Assembly (NCBI GenBank): GCA_000934665.2 | Contig: JYFJ02003457.1 | Location: forward strand, 1-58,735 | Direction of reading: 5' to 3' | DNA length: 58,735 bases | Source of the DNA: Catajapyx aquilonaris | Taxonomy: Eukaryota | Shown here: positions 12,097 to 24,019 of the stretch, in pieces | How the letters are laid out: every line of letters starts with the position of its first letter | How positions within the stretch are numbered: position 1 is the first letter of the stretch | Notes under the pieces: model-generated | The model's input: only the letters and a program-made list of their open reading frames with translations | The model's database searches: none | What the model was told of the DNA's origin: nothing | Made by a program: the position numbers and the translations under genes

Positions 12097-12785
12097 CAGA
12101 GTGATTCACTAGGTAGTTGACCCAGGCAAGTGTTGGTAGTTTCCAAGTAATATATGGAAACAGATAGCTTTGTCTTCAAATTTTACCTTCAACATTTCCC
12201 TTGCCCAGAGGTGTTGTGTCATGTGGCTCACGAGTCACGAGTCCTCAATTGTTAATGGACATGGCCGACTGGCACCTAGCCATCTGGTCATGTGATGCAC
12301 CATGCTTCTCTCAGACAGCAGTGCTGTACTCTCCCTGTGAAAGCAGTATGACATCCTGGATGACAAAATAATTTAGATCTGCCTACATGATTTCATTGTG
12401 CAATAGGCCAACCTCCTAGAGTGAAGAAATGGAAGATTCAAATCTGTGATGCTTCAAATTTCTTCACTAATTTCCAAATGTACTGCTTGCTAGGAGGCCG
12501 GCCGCCGAATTGCTCAACAAGCTTACATTGACAGATCTCAAGTGATTTTGCTGTCCAATACGTTTTCACAAGGAACTCAGCAACTCATACTGCCTTGATG
12601 TGGAAAGGGTACAGCACTACTGCTTGAGAGAAGCATTGTGTGTCAAATGATGAGAGGCCATGCACCAGTCGGCCATGCCCATTAACCATCAATGACTCGT
12701 GAGCCACATGATGCAACATATTTCCGTATATTGCTTGGAAAACTACATACATTTACCTGGGTCAACCACCTAGTGATTGACCCTG
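12097..12785. mobile_element. Long fold-back MITE in the predicted 3'UTR
   Basis: cagagtgattcactaggtagttgacccagg vs cctgggtcaaccacctagtgattgaccctg; complementarity extends ~300 bp inward. Confidence 0.8.
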
Positions 12786-13019
12786 TGTGTGCAGTCATAA
12801 GGTCCTTTCATAAGGTGAGATAAAGTGGAGTCATGCATTTTGTAGTCTTCAATGCAGATGCAACATATTGGGTGGCATGTGGCAGGGCCACTAGGCCACA
12901 AAGCCTTGAAGGTTTCTATAGGCCAAGAGACTGGTGGTGGGAGGTAAAGTAGGCCTTCTCCTGAAGGTGACTCCAACTTGCAAGGGAAAGAGTGTAGTGC
13001 TCAGTCAGGGGAATGAAAA

Positions 13020-13255
13020 TAGGGGGGGAAGGGGATGAGGTGCAAGGACTGTTTGGAGCTGAGATGCCTTGTCACAGCTATAAAGCCATGATAGCAATAA
13101 CATTTTTGACTAACAGATGTGTTGATTTGTACCAAAATAATTATGTTCTACCATTTAAACCTGCCCAAATCTGATCTCCTGTTGCTAATACGTGTATAAC
13201 AACATAATTAATCTACATCACCCTGACCTAACCTAACCTTCCAGTGTTATGGATT
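13020..13255 (+). repeat. Dispersed repeat with CCTAACCTAACCT motif (second copy ~47230-47416)
   Basis: agctgagatgccttgtca..aacctgcc..cctgacctaacct shared. Confidence 0.55.
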
Positions 13256-14469
13256 CATTATTTATTTTTATATTAACCAAACCAACATTTGAGAGGAAAT
13301 ACAGGAAATTAAGCCATCTCAACCAAATGTAGATATTGCTACGTATGTAACCCACTTTGACCCTCCCCTGCATTTTTATGACCTGCAATATTCTGCAGAC
13401 AAATATGGGAGCACATTCAGCAAACACCCAAAGAGTCATGCCTGGCAATAGAAGTATTTCGCAGCTGCTACGAGTAGATCACAGCTACTAGATTGTGCCT
13501 ACTCTGCTCTGTGGGGTAAATTCCGACCGCCCATTCAGACCTTGTCTGCCATCCCCCCAACCGAGAAGTAAACCGCAAAGTAGCCCTTGCAAGTTTGTGG
13601 GAGTAAAGCCTTTCATATGACATTGCATTTTATCCCACCAAAGAATGTCATGTGTAGGGTAGCATCTTGATGCTGTCCTTGCACACTATGGCCTGGATGT
13701 CGTTCCCAAATGTAGGACATATGATCTCTTCAATAATTTCACTGCCCTGCACCACACTTTCTCTGGTAAGGTTTGCAGTGACTGGAGTTTTGGATAGCCC
13801 TTGAAAAGTTACCATATGAAGACCTGAAATGCAGATCAAAGTTACATTCAAATGATTTTGAGATGCGAGAGTTAGAAGATTCTTGTGGCAGAAAACTGCC
13901 TCGGCCACCGTGAATTATGCATCAAGGACCGTATTATGCAATGCCTAAATAATTTTGACATGCATGTGTCTTGGATCAATCTGCAAATCAAGACTTCATA
14001 CAATACATTTCTGTGTATGATTGTGCTTCATTTTCCTTCACAACAATGTGAGTTCAGGAAACAGGCAGTAATAAAAGTATCAGTATAGTAGCAATTCTTT
14101 TTTGGTGTGACCGTGTACATAGCTACTATGCAAAGGAACAAGTCTTCGAGTGTGTTTCACATGTTCAAGCAGGCAGTTTTTCATGGTTTTGGATTTTCTG
14201 AACAGCATATAGTATGTGTTACAGTAGACATTAATCTTCATTGGTGTTGTGACCCCCCATCCCATGCCCAATCCCCAAGCTGACTTGATATGGATAAAAA
14301 TGTTTAAGTTATAGTGTCACAGTTTTCAGTATGTATTCATTCAGTGGTAGAGTCCAAAATTATTATTGTGACATCATTACATCATTTCATGATCCTTAAT
14401 GTTCAAGTTAAAAAATATCAGTTCACAGAATTTTTTGTACAGTGTGATTTGTTATTTTTTATATAAAAA

Positions 14470-14475
14470 AATAAA
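14470..14475 (+). terminator. Candidate polyadenylation signal of the zinc-finger gene
   Basis: AATAAA after a T-rich stretch, followed by GT-rich tactgttgtttcttgttgg; composition shifts downstream. Confidence 0.45.
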
Positions 14476-14679
14476 GCTTTTTGGAATATTACTGTTGTTT
14501 CTTGTTGGCGTCACCGATGTATACCGTGATGCCATCCCATAAAATGTTTGCAGTTGACTCTCCCAATCTCCCCTTGACCATAAGTTATATGGTAAACTAT
14601 ACAGTACAATAATTCATTTATAATAATTAATAATAATTTAGATAAACCTCCGCACATTAAAACCAAATAAATCGGATTA

Positions 14680-15202
14680 GCGCCAGAAGATGGCTCCGTC
14701 ATCTTTAAATGTTCAATCTGCCAACAGATGGACCTGTTGTATGTACATGTTGTCTCGAGAGATGGCGCGAATGGACTTGGAGTAGCTGTAGCTTGGTCTT
14801 GGTGCCGTGCTTGTGTTTTTGCGTGTTGGTGCCTACTTGTCGCGCTTGCCTTGTAGCTGTGGGATCGGTGAACACACCAGGCTATCAGGGTTGTCCTGGA
14901 TATGGGCTCGTCAGGGGAATTTAGTTGAGTCTAAATGATGTGTGTGGGTAAGATTGAACTTGTGTACCTGACACCTGCTCAGGAGGTGTAAACCAAGTGA
15001 GTTTCTAATAGTGCAGTAGTGTTGGAAGACCATGCCAAATTGGATTGTTTGTCCTTAGGAGGCTAAGGAGTATGCTGCAGCAGCAGCAGCAACGTGCGTC
15101 AGGTCGAGTCATGCGTAGGCCCCAACCTTACTGGTGGTTCCGGAGGCGAGAGAGAAGTTTACAAGAGGATGATGGGACGGGGAAGAGGTAGAAGGCACCA
15201 AT
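14680..15202 (+). promoter_or_regulatory. Probable MARF1 promoter and first exon
   Basis: CpG-richer island with three AGATGG motifs (YY1-like), no recognisable TE, ending in a consensus donor GTAAGT at 15203. Confidence 0.45.
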
Positions 15203-15503
15203 GTAAGTTGTTAAGAGTTGCTGCTCACAGCTACAAAGTGGGTATAAGCTCTCAAGATTGTGGAAGAAGTTTGAGTATGGAGTGTGGTAATTTAATGAAT
15301 GACAAAGGGGGTTGCAACAGAACAGCCAAATTTTTGCTGCAGTCTTGCCGCAAGAAATCTGTAGTATATATAGCCTACGTTGAATGAGGTTTTCCTGCTA
15401 TTGGAGAGAGAGAATACAAAGGAATAATAATGCAATTCTGCCAAACTTCGCGCATGAAATATTAGTTTAATAAAATGTATAACTAATTTCATGACAGCTA
15501 ATA

Positions 15504-15823
15504 CAAGGAGTCCCCAGTCTACGAACAGGGTTATGTTCCTGAAAATGTTCATAAGTCGGATTTGTACATAACTCGAATCCCTGAGGAACAGTGCATATAT
15601 ATGTGGAGTAAAGTTGCTGCTTCAACGAACTGCTTACGTCATGTGTGTTTGTTTACATGCGCAGAAGAACACAGCTTCCAAATTATTTATTAATTAGCAG
15701 TATTTATGTTGAACTTCGTGTCAGTTAACATATGCAGAAGTGATTGAAAGTGGAACCTTGGGAGACCGTTCATAAGTACGGATCGCTGTAAGTCTCGGGT
15801 CGTTCATAAAATGGGACTTCCTG
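15504..15823. mobile_element. pogo/Tigger-like MITE
   Basis: TA-CAAGGAGTCCC..TACGAAC / GTTCATAAAATGGGACTTCCTG-TA. Confidence 0.65.
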
Positions 15824-16545
15824 TATACTGTTTGCATATGAAGACCTCGGGGGAAGAAAGATCAGGGTCCACTTTTTGTCAAAAATGAGTTTCATATCTC
15901 AGAAGATACTTTCCCTAGTGTAGAATACGATGGTTTGGTCGTAGTTGTGGAGTAATGATCATAGTTCACTAGGGAAGGCCCCAAAAGAGGGATTTACAAT
16001 AGAACCTTACAGGCCTTCGAAATTTAAAATGGGATTATCTCAGTTTCACCTCAGGTGGACCTTGATGGTTTTTCTCCCGAGGTCATCATATAAAAAGGTG
16101 TATGATTTACACAGCTGTTGTATCACACAGCTTTCCCCTGTACGTAAAAGAAATGTCTCCACCGGCATGATGCCAGGGAAGCTTGTGTAGTGTAACTGCT
16201 GTTGGAAAGGTGCAGCTGCTTTACCTCCATCTTTATATTCTGTCCTGCAGCTTATTGGACATGCTCCTTTTGCTAATTTGTCACTTTTTGAGGGCAAGGG
16301 GTCCGCAATTTTTTTAAAAAAAAGTTACCACTCCCTTTCAATCAACCCTTCACCCTCATCTCTGCCTCATTGGCACCAGACTTTTCCAAGACCATTGGCA
16401 AGTGTGGCAGGATAGGGTACATCAGGGACAAAATCTGAGGGCTGACACCTTGCCTACTGTCTGACTTGTTTCTGGCCTGGGTCATTTTGCAATTCATAAC
16501 CAGCTTGGTTAGCCTGTTCTTCACTAGGGGATAGTGGACTGGCAC

Positions 16546-16841
16546 CGAAGCAGGTTGGCATAGTGGATATGGCGTCCGACTGCTAATCGGGAGGTCCTGG
16601 GTTCGAATCCCGGGGCCGGCAACGCTGACCGTGGTTTTCTGTGGTTTCCCACAGTCCTTCCAGGGAAATTCCGGAGTTGCTTCCGTAATTAATAGGCCAC
16701 AGCCGCTTCCTTCCGTCCCTATTATCCTATCCCAAAGAGCACAGTAAAATGAAAAGCAAAGAGTTCCAGGCAAAACAAACTTCCCCCCTAAAGAGCCGAT
16801 GGCTGATAACGGGGTATGAATTATTAAGAATTATGAATTAT
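16546..16841 (+). mobile_element. tRNA-derived SINE family 2
   Basis: A box TGGCATAGTGG, B box GGTTCGAATCC; perfect 14-bp TSD tagtggactggcac (16532-16545, 16842-16855). Confidence 0.88.
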
Positions 16842-17028
16842 TAGTGGACTGGCACTGACGTTTAAAAAAATATATATATATAAGTTTATTTGATTTAAAA
16901 TCTTGTGTTATATTTGTTACAAAACTGACAGTATGTTTGGAATTAAGTGATTTTTGCACCCCAACTGCCAAGGGACCAAAACATCTGTACTTAACGTAGA
17001 GGGCGACTGAATGATTAATTATTAAATA

Positions 17029-18590
17029 CTAGCTGCGATACCCGGCGTTGCCCGGGAAGAAATGAATGAAGGGATAACACCTACTTGTAGGCCCATAAAA
17101 ATTTTCACGCACAGAGAGCCGCCATGACAGTTTTAGGAAGGCCGGGTCCATGGTCATATAGACTACTAAGGTCTGGACGCTCCCATCTACCCCCTGCCGG
17201 GGCGTTTTGCAGGAGGTGCTCACCTGAGAGCGCCATGAGACCTTTCACGGAGCATTTAAGTGGCGACCCTACCGGACTACGCTGAACTTTATAGGTACAA
17301 AAGGGAAGCGCTACATTGGGGGACCCTACATTGTCCCCGGCGGCAGGGCCGTCGCCTGGCTTTGCGGGGCCCGGGGCGATTGTGGGGTGCGGGGCCCTCA
17401 CCGAACCGNGGGGGGGGGGGGGGGGGGGGGGCGGCAGTTGAATCCGGATATATGACTTGTCTGCTATTTTCTGACTGCACAAATCAGAGGCGGATCCAGA
17501 CTTTCGATGGAGGGTCGGACCGTTCTGTACCAAAAGTACCATACCGCAGACTTAGTGGCGTTTACGAGGCGGAGTGGGGGCATAAGTCGTAAAGGGCGGG
17601 GAGCAAGAGCACCGCAGGCGAAATTTTTTGGGGGGTGTACATTTTTATTTCAAATATTTTTTGTTCTAAAGTAATAGTTATTTTTTTCGCTTTGGCAGGG
17701 GGGCGGGCCCCATCCCCCCCCTCGTGGGTGCGCCACTGATGTTTACTACGGCTACCGCCACTAGCACTCAACTATTGGATTGCACTCGAGACTCGACACT
17801 TGCCATTTGCAAGCAGGCATTAATACCCTGCTAGCTGCTACGCTACGCCGTTACACAATCAAAATAAACCGCTATGCAATCCCGCTCGATTTGAATTGGT
17901 AGGCTAGGCAAAGTGACGGATGCCGCGGTGTGGGCGATGGCATGAAAACATTCCAGTTTCCTTCCAAGTAGCCAGGCGCGTCATATTCGTCAATTTCTGA
18001 TGGCGCTTCGCCCCCACAGGCACGGTGTGGGGCCCGGGGCGGTCGCCCCGCTCGCCCCGCCCTGGCAACGGCCCTGCCCGGCGGCCATGTTGAGCCCACA
18101 TGTAGGGCTTCCCTTGTGTAGTCCGGCAGGGTCGCCTAATAAATGCTCCGTGAAAGGTCTTATGGCGCTCTCAAGTGAGCACCTCCTGCAGAACGCCCCA
18201 GCAGGTGATAAGAGAAGAACGTAGAGGTAGTGTCCGGTGGCTGGCCTGGTCGGAAGGACGGGAGAGGTTGGAGGTGTAGGAAGCGGACCACAGACGGCAG
18301 GCGAATGAGATGGTTGGCGTGCCGGACAGACAGACAGAATGACATCCGTTTTTATTGATACATTAGGAAGGCCGGGAGAGGTTGGAGTGCTAACCGTCAT
18401 TTGCCTGCCATGCAGGCAAATGACGGTTAGCACTCTTAGCAGGCAAATGAAGTTAGGTGTTACCCATGGGCCACAGATGGCAGGCAAATGACGGTTGGCT
18501 TTATAAAGGCGGGAGAAGGACCGCATCCAGATGGCATTGGTGGGCGGACAGAAAGACAGACAGACTCACAAACGGCTTTATTTATAGAGA
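17029..18590 (-). mobile_element. Non-autonomous Helitron, composite
   Basis: Minus strand: A|TC 5' start, (GTCT)n microsatellite, 3' hairpin CCCGGGCAACGCCGGG and then CTAG|T; second internal 5'-like end at ~18325-18362. Confidence 0.75.
17344..18076. mobile_element. hAT-type MITE nested in the Helitron
   Basis: TIR CAGGGCCGT / ACGGCCCTG with perfect 8-bp TSD CCCGGCGG; spans the N gap at 17409. Confidence 0.8.
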
Positions 18591-18988
18591 TTAGATCTGA
18601 AACATGAATGAAATTAGTGTCTACAAGTGTGACATTTATTTGGCTCATTGGAACATGTGACAGAATTTTCTGTGTGTATATCTGTTTTTACATGCCAGTC
18701 TGACAATTGATAATATGTGTAAGGGTCAGAATCAATATCTGGCAACCACGTGATAAGTGAACTGGAGATAAATGAGATCAACTACTATCTGTAAAAGTAA
18801 CTACCAGAGGGTTGAACTTATGTATAATATTTGGATTAGGCATAGACGTATGTAGAGGAGTCACAGAGCCACTCTTGTGTGGGTATTCAGTTGTATATTT
18901 GGCACCAGTGCAGCCAGTGTCAAGGACCAGGTAATGAAACTGGAACATTATACATTTTAGTTCTGAATGCACATTATTCCAAGATGTA

Positions 18989-19284
18989 GACTGTACTCCC
19001 GATTATCCTGGCTAATAAATCCACGGGTGTTGCCGGATAATCGGAAAATACTGATAATCGGAAAATGGTCATAGATACTGCAAAAATGAGCTATTCGCAG
19101 GTTTTTAATGTATAGTGTATGCTGGTTTAACTAAGGTTGAATCAAAATAGAAGTTACCATAGAATTTTTGTTTTTATTCTAGAAAAATTCATATTTCTTC
19201 GTTTGCAAGACATATTGACATTTTTTCTGACTTTTATTTTTATTTGTATTTTTTGGTGATGCAGAGATAATCGGGAGTACAGTG
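18989..19284. mobile_element. pogo/Tigger-like MITE
   Basis: ctgtactcccgattatc / gataatcgggagtacag, TA flanks. Confidence 0.75.
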
Positions 19285-19534
19285 TAGTCAGTAGTTGCCT
19301 AAATAAATTAGTTTTATACCTTGTTAAAGCTCAGCTTTTACGTGGTGTTGGGAAGAGAAATGGGCCAAGTATTTTATAATACAGGGTGTATAACAAACAC
19401 AGGGTGTTCCAAGAATCAGGGTCATTTTTTGTTGTCACTAATATTGCCTAAAGTAGCTATTTTTGTATAGCTTGTTCACCCTGAACCATGTGCCCAATTG
19501 TTCCCAGGTGGACGAATATAGCTGTTGCTATATA

Positions 19535-20032
19535 TGTTACAGTCAATATGTTCAACCCGGGTGTTTTATAAAATGACTGGGCACTGGATAGAATGCCCAA
19601 TTTTTTGGGGCATTCGGTATAATGCCCTTAACAAGTTTCGGTCAATGTATAAAATGTCCGGTCATTACACAGAATGCCTAGGTGGTCAATTATTGAATCG
19701 CTCTGACAAGGAAATTTCAAAAATGTGTTTTATATTGAGACAATAAATCCCTTAATCAAAATCAACATACAGGCATTAAGGGCGACACGGTGGCGGAGTG
19801 GTTAGCGCCACAGCCTTCCACCTCTAAGGTCCCGAGTTCGATCCCCGGGTCGCGCAAAGGATGCTTATGTGGATAGCGAGTTTCGATGGGTTCTCTCCGT
19901 GTTCACGTGGGTTTTCTCGGGGTTCTCCCGTTTCCTCCCGCAATCAAAATCCATCACACGCAGGCAATGATTAAAGACGGTTCCCGAAAAGATGATCCCC
20001 TAAGAGGCCCAAGGGGCCTATCACGGGGTATC

Positions 20033-20101
<69 letters not shown>

Positions 20102-20662
20102 AGGCATTATAATCAGAGTTAATCATATGTAAGGATCATTTATTGGAGCAAGGCAAAGAACTGTGGCACTTGGAATTACAGTGCTGACCAGTAGCTCTGC
20201 TCGCGGACTTTTTTGAAACACATTTGGTTTAGCAGTTGCATTTCTTAGACCCCTGTGACCCTGGCACGCTGTTGTAAGATGCCGCCTCCCTCAGAGAAAT
20301 CAGTTTGCTATCTGCCTTTGCAGTAACAGTAGCTAAGTCTAATAACAATCTTTCTTTGCACAGATGTATTTCCTCACACATGTACTTGTGCATGAGTTGG
20401 CCATGTTCAGAGCACAGTGTGAACAGGTCATCATCAACACTCTTCACCACTGCTAGAATGTTTTTGGGGGACCGAGCCCTGTCAACGTCACGAATTGATA
20501 ATTAATCAACATACTGCCCAATGAACCGCAGGCATTATATAAAATGTCCGGGCCATTTGTGAAATGCCTTCCCATTATACACACTGCCCAAAAAATTTGG
20601 CATTCTCTACAGTGCCCCGGTCATTTTACAAAATGCCCAGGTTGGACACATTGACCGTAACA
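19535..20662 (-). mobile_element. Ginger-like (integrase-type) DNA transposon deletion derivative
   Basis: TGT..ACA termini with long TIR (TGTTACAGTCAA / TTGACCGTAACA), flanks TATA/TATT; minus-strand remnant 20505-20137 DVDRARSPKNILAVV...SLREAA..QGSKKCNC*TKC..CNSKCHSSLPCSNK*. Confidence 0.7.
19779..20098 (+). mobile_element. tRNA-derived SINE family 1, copy 2
   Basis: A/B boxes, long (TTA)n tail, 11-bp TSD tacaggcatta. Confidence 0.9.
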
Positions 20663-20676
20663 TATTCATAATTGGG

Positions 20677-20695
20677 GGCTGATAACGGGGTATGA

Positions 20696-20737
<42 letters not shown>

Positions 20738-20741
20738 CATC

Positions 20742-20790
<49 letters not shown>
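20677..20790 (+). mobile_element. Severely 5'-truncated retroposon (SINE2-type tail) with (TTA)n/(TAA)n tail
   Basis: ggctgataacggggtatga identical to 16801-16819; 9-bp TSD ataattggg. Confidence 0.7.
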
Positions 20791-20795
<5 letters not shown>

Positions 20796-21751
20796 TGGGC
20801 ACCTGGATCGGGGCACAACAAGACATAAAAATACCAGCTTTTTGTGAAATTTCCTCAAACTCTAGCAACCGACATATTTGGAACACCCTGTGTGTCAATG
20901 GTCAGGTGTCCAAGTAATTTAATTGATATTTTAATGAAATGTAGTTATTTGCGCCAATTATGTCCAAGATCAATGCAATACCTATTGTCCAGTAAATATT
21001 GCAATTCTAATAAATGCACATGTTAATTAATAACTTTGAGTCAAGTAGTACAGTCAGGGATATGCTAATTCACCAGTTCGATTTCTGGGTTTTTGGACCT
21101 ACAAAGCTTCCATCTGTGGCTTACAAAGCTTGCACACTTAGGTATCAACATGCTCACAATTCTCATGACATGGATGTCAGTCATTTTTCTTTCACGGTGA
21201 GAATTGAACCAATAGGAATGAGTTCAGTTTTACCTATTCTGACACGTGTGCTGAATTTATGAAACAGGGTCAGATGGTTTTAAGGTGGATTGACTAGCCC
21301 ATAAGAGCTCATAAACCCTCCGTGAATTTATGAAACAGAATATACAGCTGTTATGCTACCCAAGTCTCCAGTTTAAGAGGAGACTAGCAGTTAAGAAGCT
21401 GTATGAATATTGTTTACCTCTGCAACCACTTTAAAGAGAAGCTATTGGAAACATCAGAGAGTTAGAGCCACATTAACTTGTTGTGATTGCTTCTTCTTGA
21501 CTAGTTGCTGGGTTTCAAAAAAAAATAAAATCCATAACTTTATCACTTAACCCCCATCTCCTTGAACTGGGGGCAGTGCACTGACTATGGAGACACATTG
21601 CATGTCCTTTCATGTTGATTTCCACTGTCACATCCATGTGTAATCGAACAATAAGATGCACGTAGAAGCATCATTATTTTCAAGTTGTTACTCCGAGAGA
21701 ATCATAAAGGCAACTGAAATGTTCACATATTTGCCACACATTTTTCTGGTA

Positions 21752-21993
21752 CAGGGTGTATGTAGAGTTAAACTGCGAATTGGCCCTACTTACCAATTAT
21801 GCCTTTCTGCCTACAGGAGATGTTGGAAGTGGCCTCGATGGACTTGCAAACACATCTGCAAGGTCACACACGTATGTCCTCTTTTTCTCTCACAATCTCT
21901 CTCAAACCCCATCACAAAAAATACCATTATCTACCACATTTCATCATTTCTCATTGAGTGCACACTGCACAAAGTAACTTTATGGACACCCTG
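21752..21993 (-). mobile_element. Tc1-like deletion derivative
   Basis: TA-CAGGGTGT..GTTA / TAAC..ACACCCTG-TA; minus-strand transposase C-terminus CLQVHRGHFQHLL*. Confidence 0.7.
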
Positions 21994-22441
21994 TACTAAC
22001 AGTACAGTTGCAATAAACTGTCTCCCTCCTAACTGGAATCCGATCGTAATCTCAGTGAATCCATGACAGTGGCCCCAGGTGGACCAAAACATGTAAATTG
22101 TAGTTGTGATTAAAACTAATACAGTTTTTTTTTCTTTTTTTTCTTGTAACTGATGGATATGAAAATGATGCTCCTTTCCATGTCAGACAGAGTCTGTGAT
22201 ACTCGACAAAACTTCAAAGAAAATCAAATCCCATTGCTGGTGAAATCGCAAATGTTTCCGACAGTAGACAGGTTTCTGCTAAATCCAGGGTCCTCTACAA
22301 GCTGGTTCTTCTGTACTCTCACCCCATATTCCATTCAGAATGTTACATTGCATGTAAAAAACTGTGAACATTATCTACTGATTTTCTCTCTCCTGATATT
22401 TAAAACTTCCACTCCTTGAATTAAAGCTCTTTTCATTTCAG

Positions 22442-22740
22442 AGAGGAGATCAAGGAGGAGGGCAAAATCATGTACTAAAAATCAAGAGCCATCAAACTGC
22501 AATAATTTCCATGAGACTGAACCATCCCATGACCAGGCCGAGCATGGTGAAGATAATCCTGTCTTCCATCCCATCTGCACCCAATCAGTCATGGGGAGAA
22601 TCACCAGTACTAATACTGATGCACACGGGCACACTGTGCTCAAAGACAATGTTAGGCATGGGAGGGAAGAGGCAAATGTAGATGGAGCAGAGAGGCCTGT
22701 TTTACGAGTGGGTGTTTTCTGGGACATTGAGAACTGTCAA
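22442..22740 (+). CDS. MARF1: MARF1 exon, N-terminal region and start of NYN (VGVFWDIENCQ)
   Basis: tttcatttcag acceptor, open frame, donor GTAAGT phase 0. Confidence 0.85.
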
Positions 22741-23399
22741 GTAAGTACATTAAAATACATGCTATACATTATAACCTAGTCTCTTACTGACCAATCATAA
22801 AATGTGATAAAGTAATACTTTGTGAGTGTTGTGCAAATTGTTTTTGACACGTGTCGGACTCCTGAACTTGTAAGGTCTCCAGTTTGAGCCATCAATTCTC
22901 ATGATTCAATGCATTTATATACTCTGTTAGTTGGTCTTGTAGGTTTGTTAGTAGGCATGTGTTGCATAGGTAATCAGGGGTCAAAAGAGATGTTCAGGAA
23001 GGTCCTCACTTGATATGTGGATCAGTTTTTTCAGTTAAGTGAAAAAACAATCCCTTTGAGGTCAGAGATGTTGTTGAAAAGAAGAGTCTCATTTGAACAT
23101 TAGATTGATTGTACACTTCTGGCTCAATTATTTTTATTCAGAGCCCTTGCTGTATAGGCCACATTCCAAAGGCAGTGATTGACATTACTGCATGATTTTT
23201 TCTTAATATTGTGTCATATTATAATATAATAGAGTCCAATTAATTGCAGGGTCCATTACCCATACAGTTCATTAAATTGTCAGGCAAGTCGATTAGGTAG
23301 AGGAGTCCAGATCGGGAGTATGATTATAGGCCTCGGCAGGGAAGGTCATGGCAACCATTTTATGAGGTGAGCGGGGTGTTCTGCTGGTACACCACAATC

Positions 23400-23720
23400 A
23401 CAGGAAGTGTGTATGCTGACACACTGAAACGTCCCTGGTCAGTAATGAAGGAGGAATGCCCAGAAAGAGGCATCTGGGATGTTGCTTCTGCATGACAATG
23501 TCCAGCATACAAGTGTCATACTGTCAGGCTGTCATCAGCCAGTACAGCTACAAAAAAACTTGGGTCATTCCTCTTAAGGCTTGTTTACAGGATCACTTTC
23601 CTAATGTAAGTAGGAACAGTCCGCCAATCAGAATGCTCCTCGCTGCTGGAAGTCTGGCCTAAATTCCAGAGACTTGTGTGTCTCGTCACTTGAAGGCAAG
23701 TCGCCATATGTTTCATGACT
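23400..23720 (+). mobile_element. Degraded mariner transposase fragment
   Basis: LLLHDN catalytic-motif remnant near 23481-23500; no termini found; boundaries approximate. Confidence 0.3.
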
Positions 23721-23875
23721 TTATGCCACCTGCATAAGCAGCTTATACTATTTATAGAACATAATAAATGTGTGCTTTTGCTAGAAATAGGATGGTAATG
23801 GAAAAAGAGTATATGCATTTAATTTTTTAAATTGAAATATCCTAATTTTATTTATAATTCCTTATATTTTTGCAG

Positions 23876-24019
23876 GTAATGCATGGCCGTTCCGCTACTG
23901 CAGTTGTCCAGCGTATCAGAAAGCGTTTCTTCCATGGTCATGAGGAGGTGGAATTTATGTGTGCATGTGACATCACTAAGGAGAACTGTCACGTCATTCA
24001 AGAGCTGAACGATTCACAG
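23876..24019 (+). CDS. MARF1: MARF1 NYN exon ([48 protein letters not shown])
   Basis: 144 nt, phase 0-0, canonical splice sites; absent from ORF track. Confidence 0.92.

Larger units (their letters stand above)
19400..20890. mobile_element. Tc1/mariner-type MITE hosting nested inserts
   Basis: CAGGGTGTTCCAA / TTGGAACACCCTG termini. Confidence 0.55.

Noticed and set aside
13226..13239. Insect telomeric (CCTAA)n remnant
   Set aside because: Only about two units, inside a dispersed repeat.
16546..16620. tRNA gene (GCT-like anticodon loop); similar heads at 2736, 19780, 29351
   Set aside because: They continue into SINE bodies with tails and TSDs; there is no proper acceptor stem or Ser variable arm.
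17105..18648. Cluster of long GC-rich ORFs
   Set aside because: They lie in nested repeats with a gap, are stop-poor because of GC content, and have no recognisable motifs.
19886..20858. Poly-Tyr, poly-Ile and poly-Asn ORFs
   Set aside because: They are translations of (TTA)n microsatellite tails.
22153..22419. Upstream MARF1 coding exon
   Set aside because: An acceptor at 22186 is plausible, but I found no convincing donor in a phase compatible with 22442; left unresolved.
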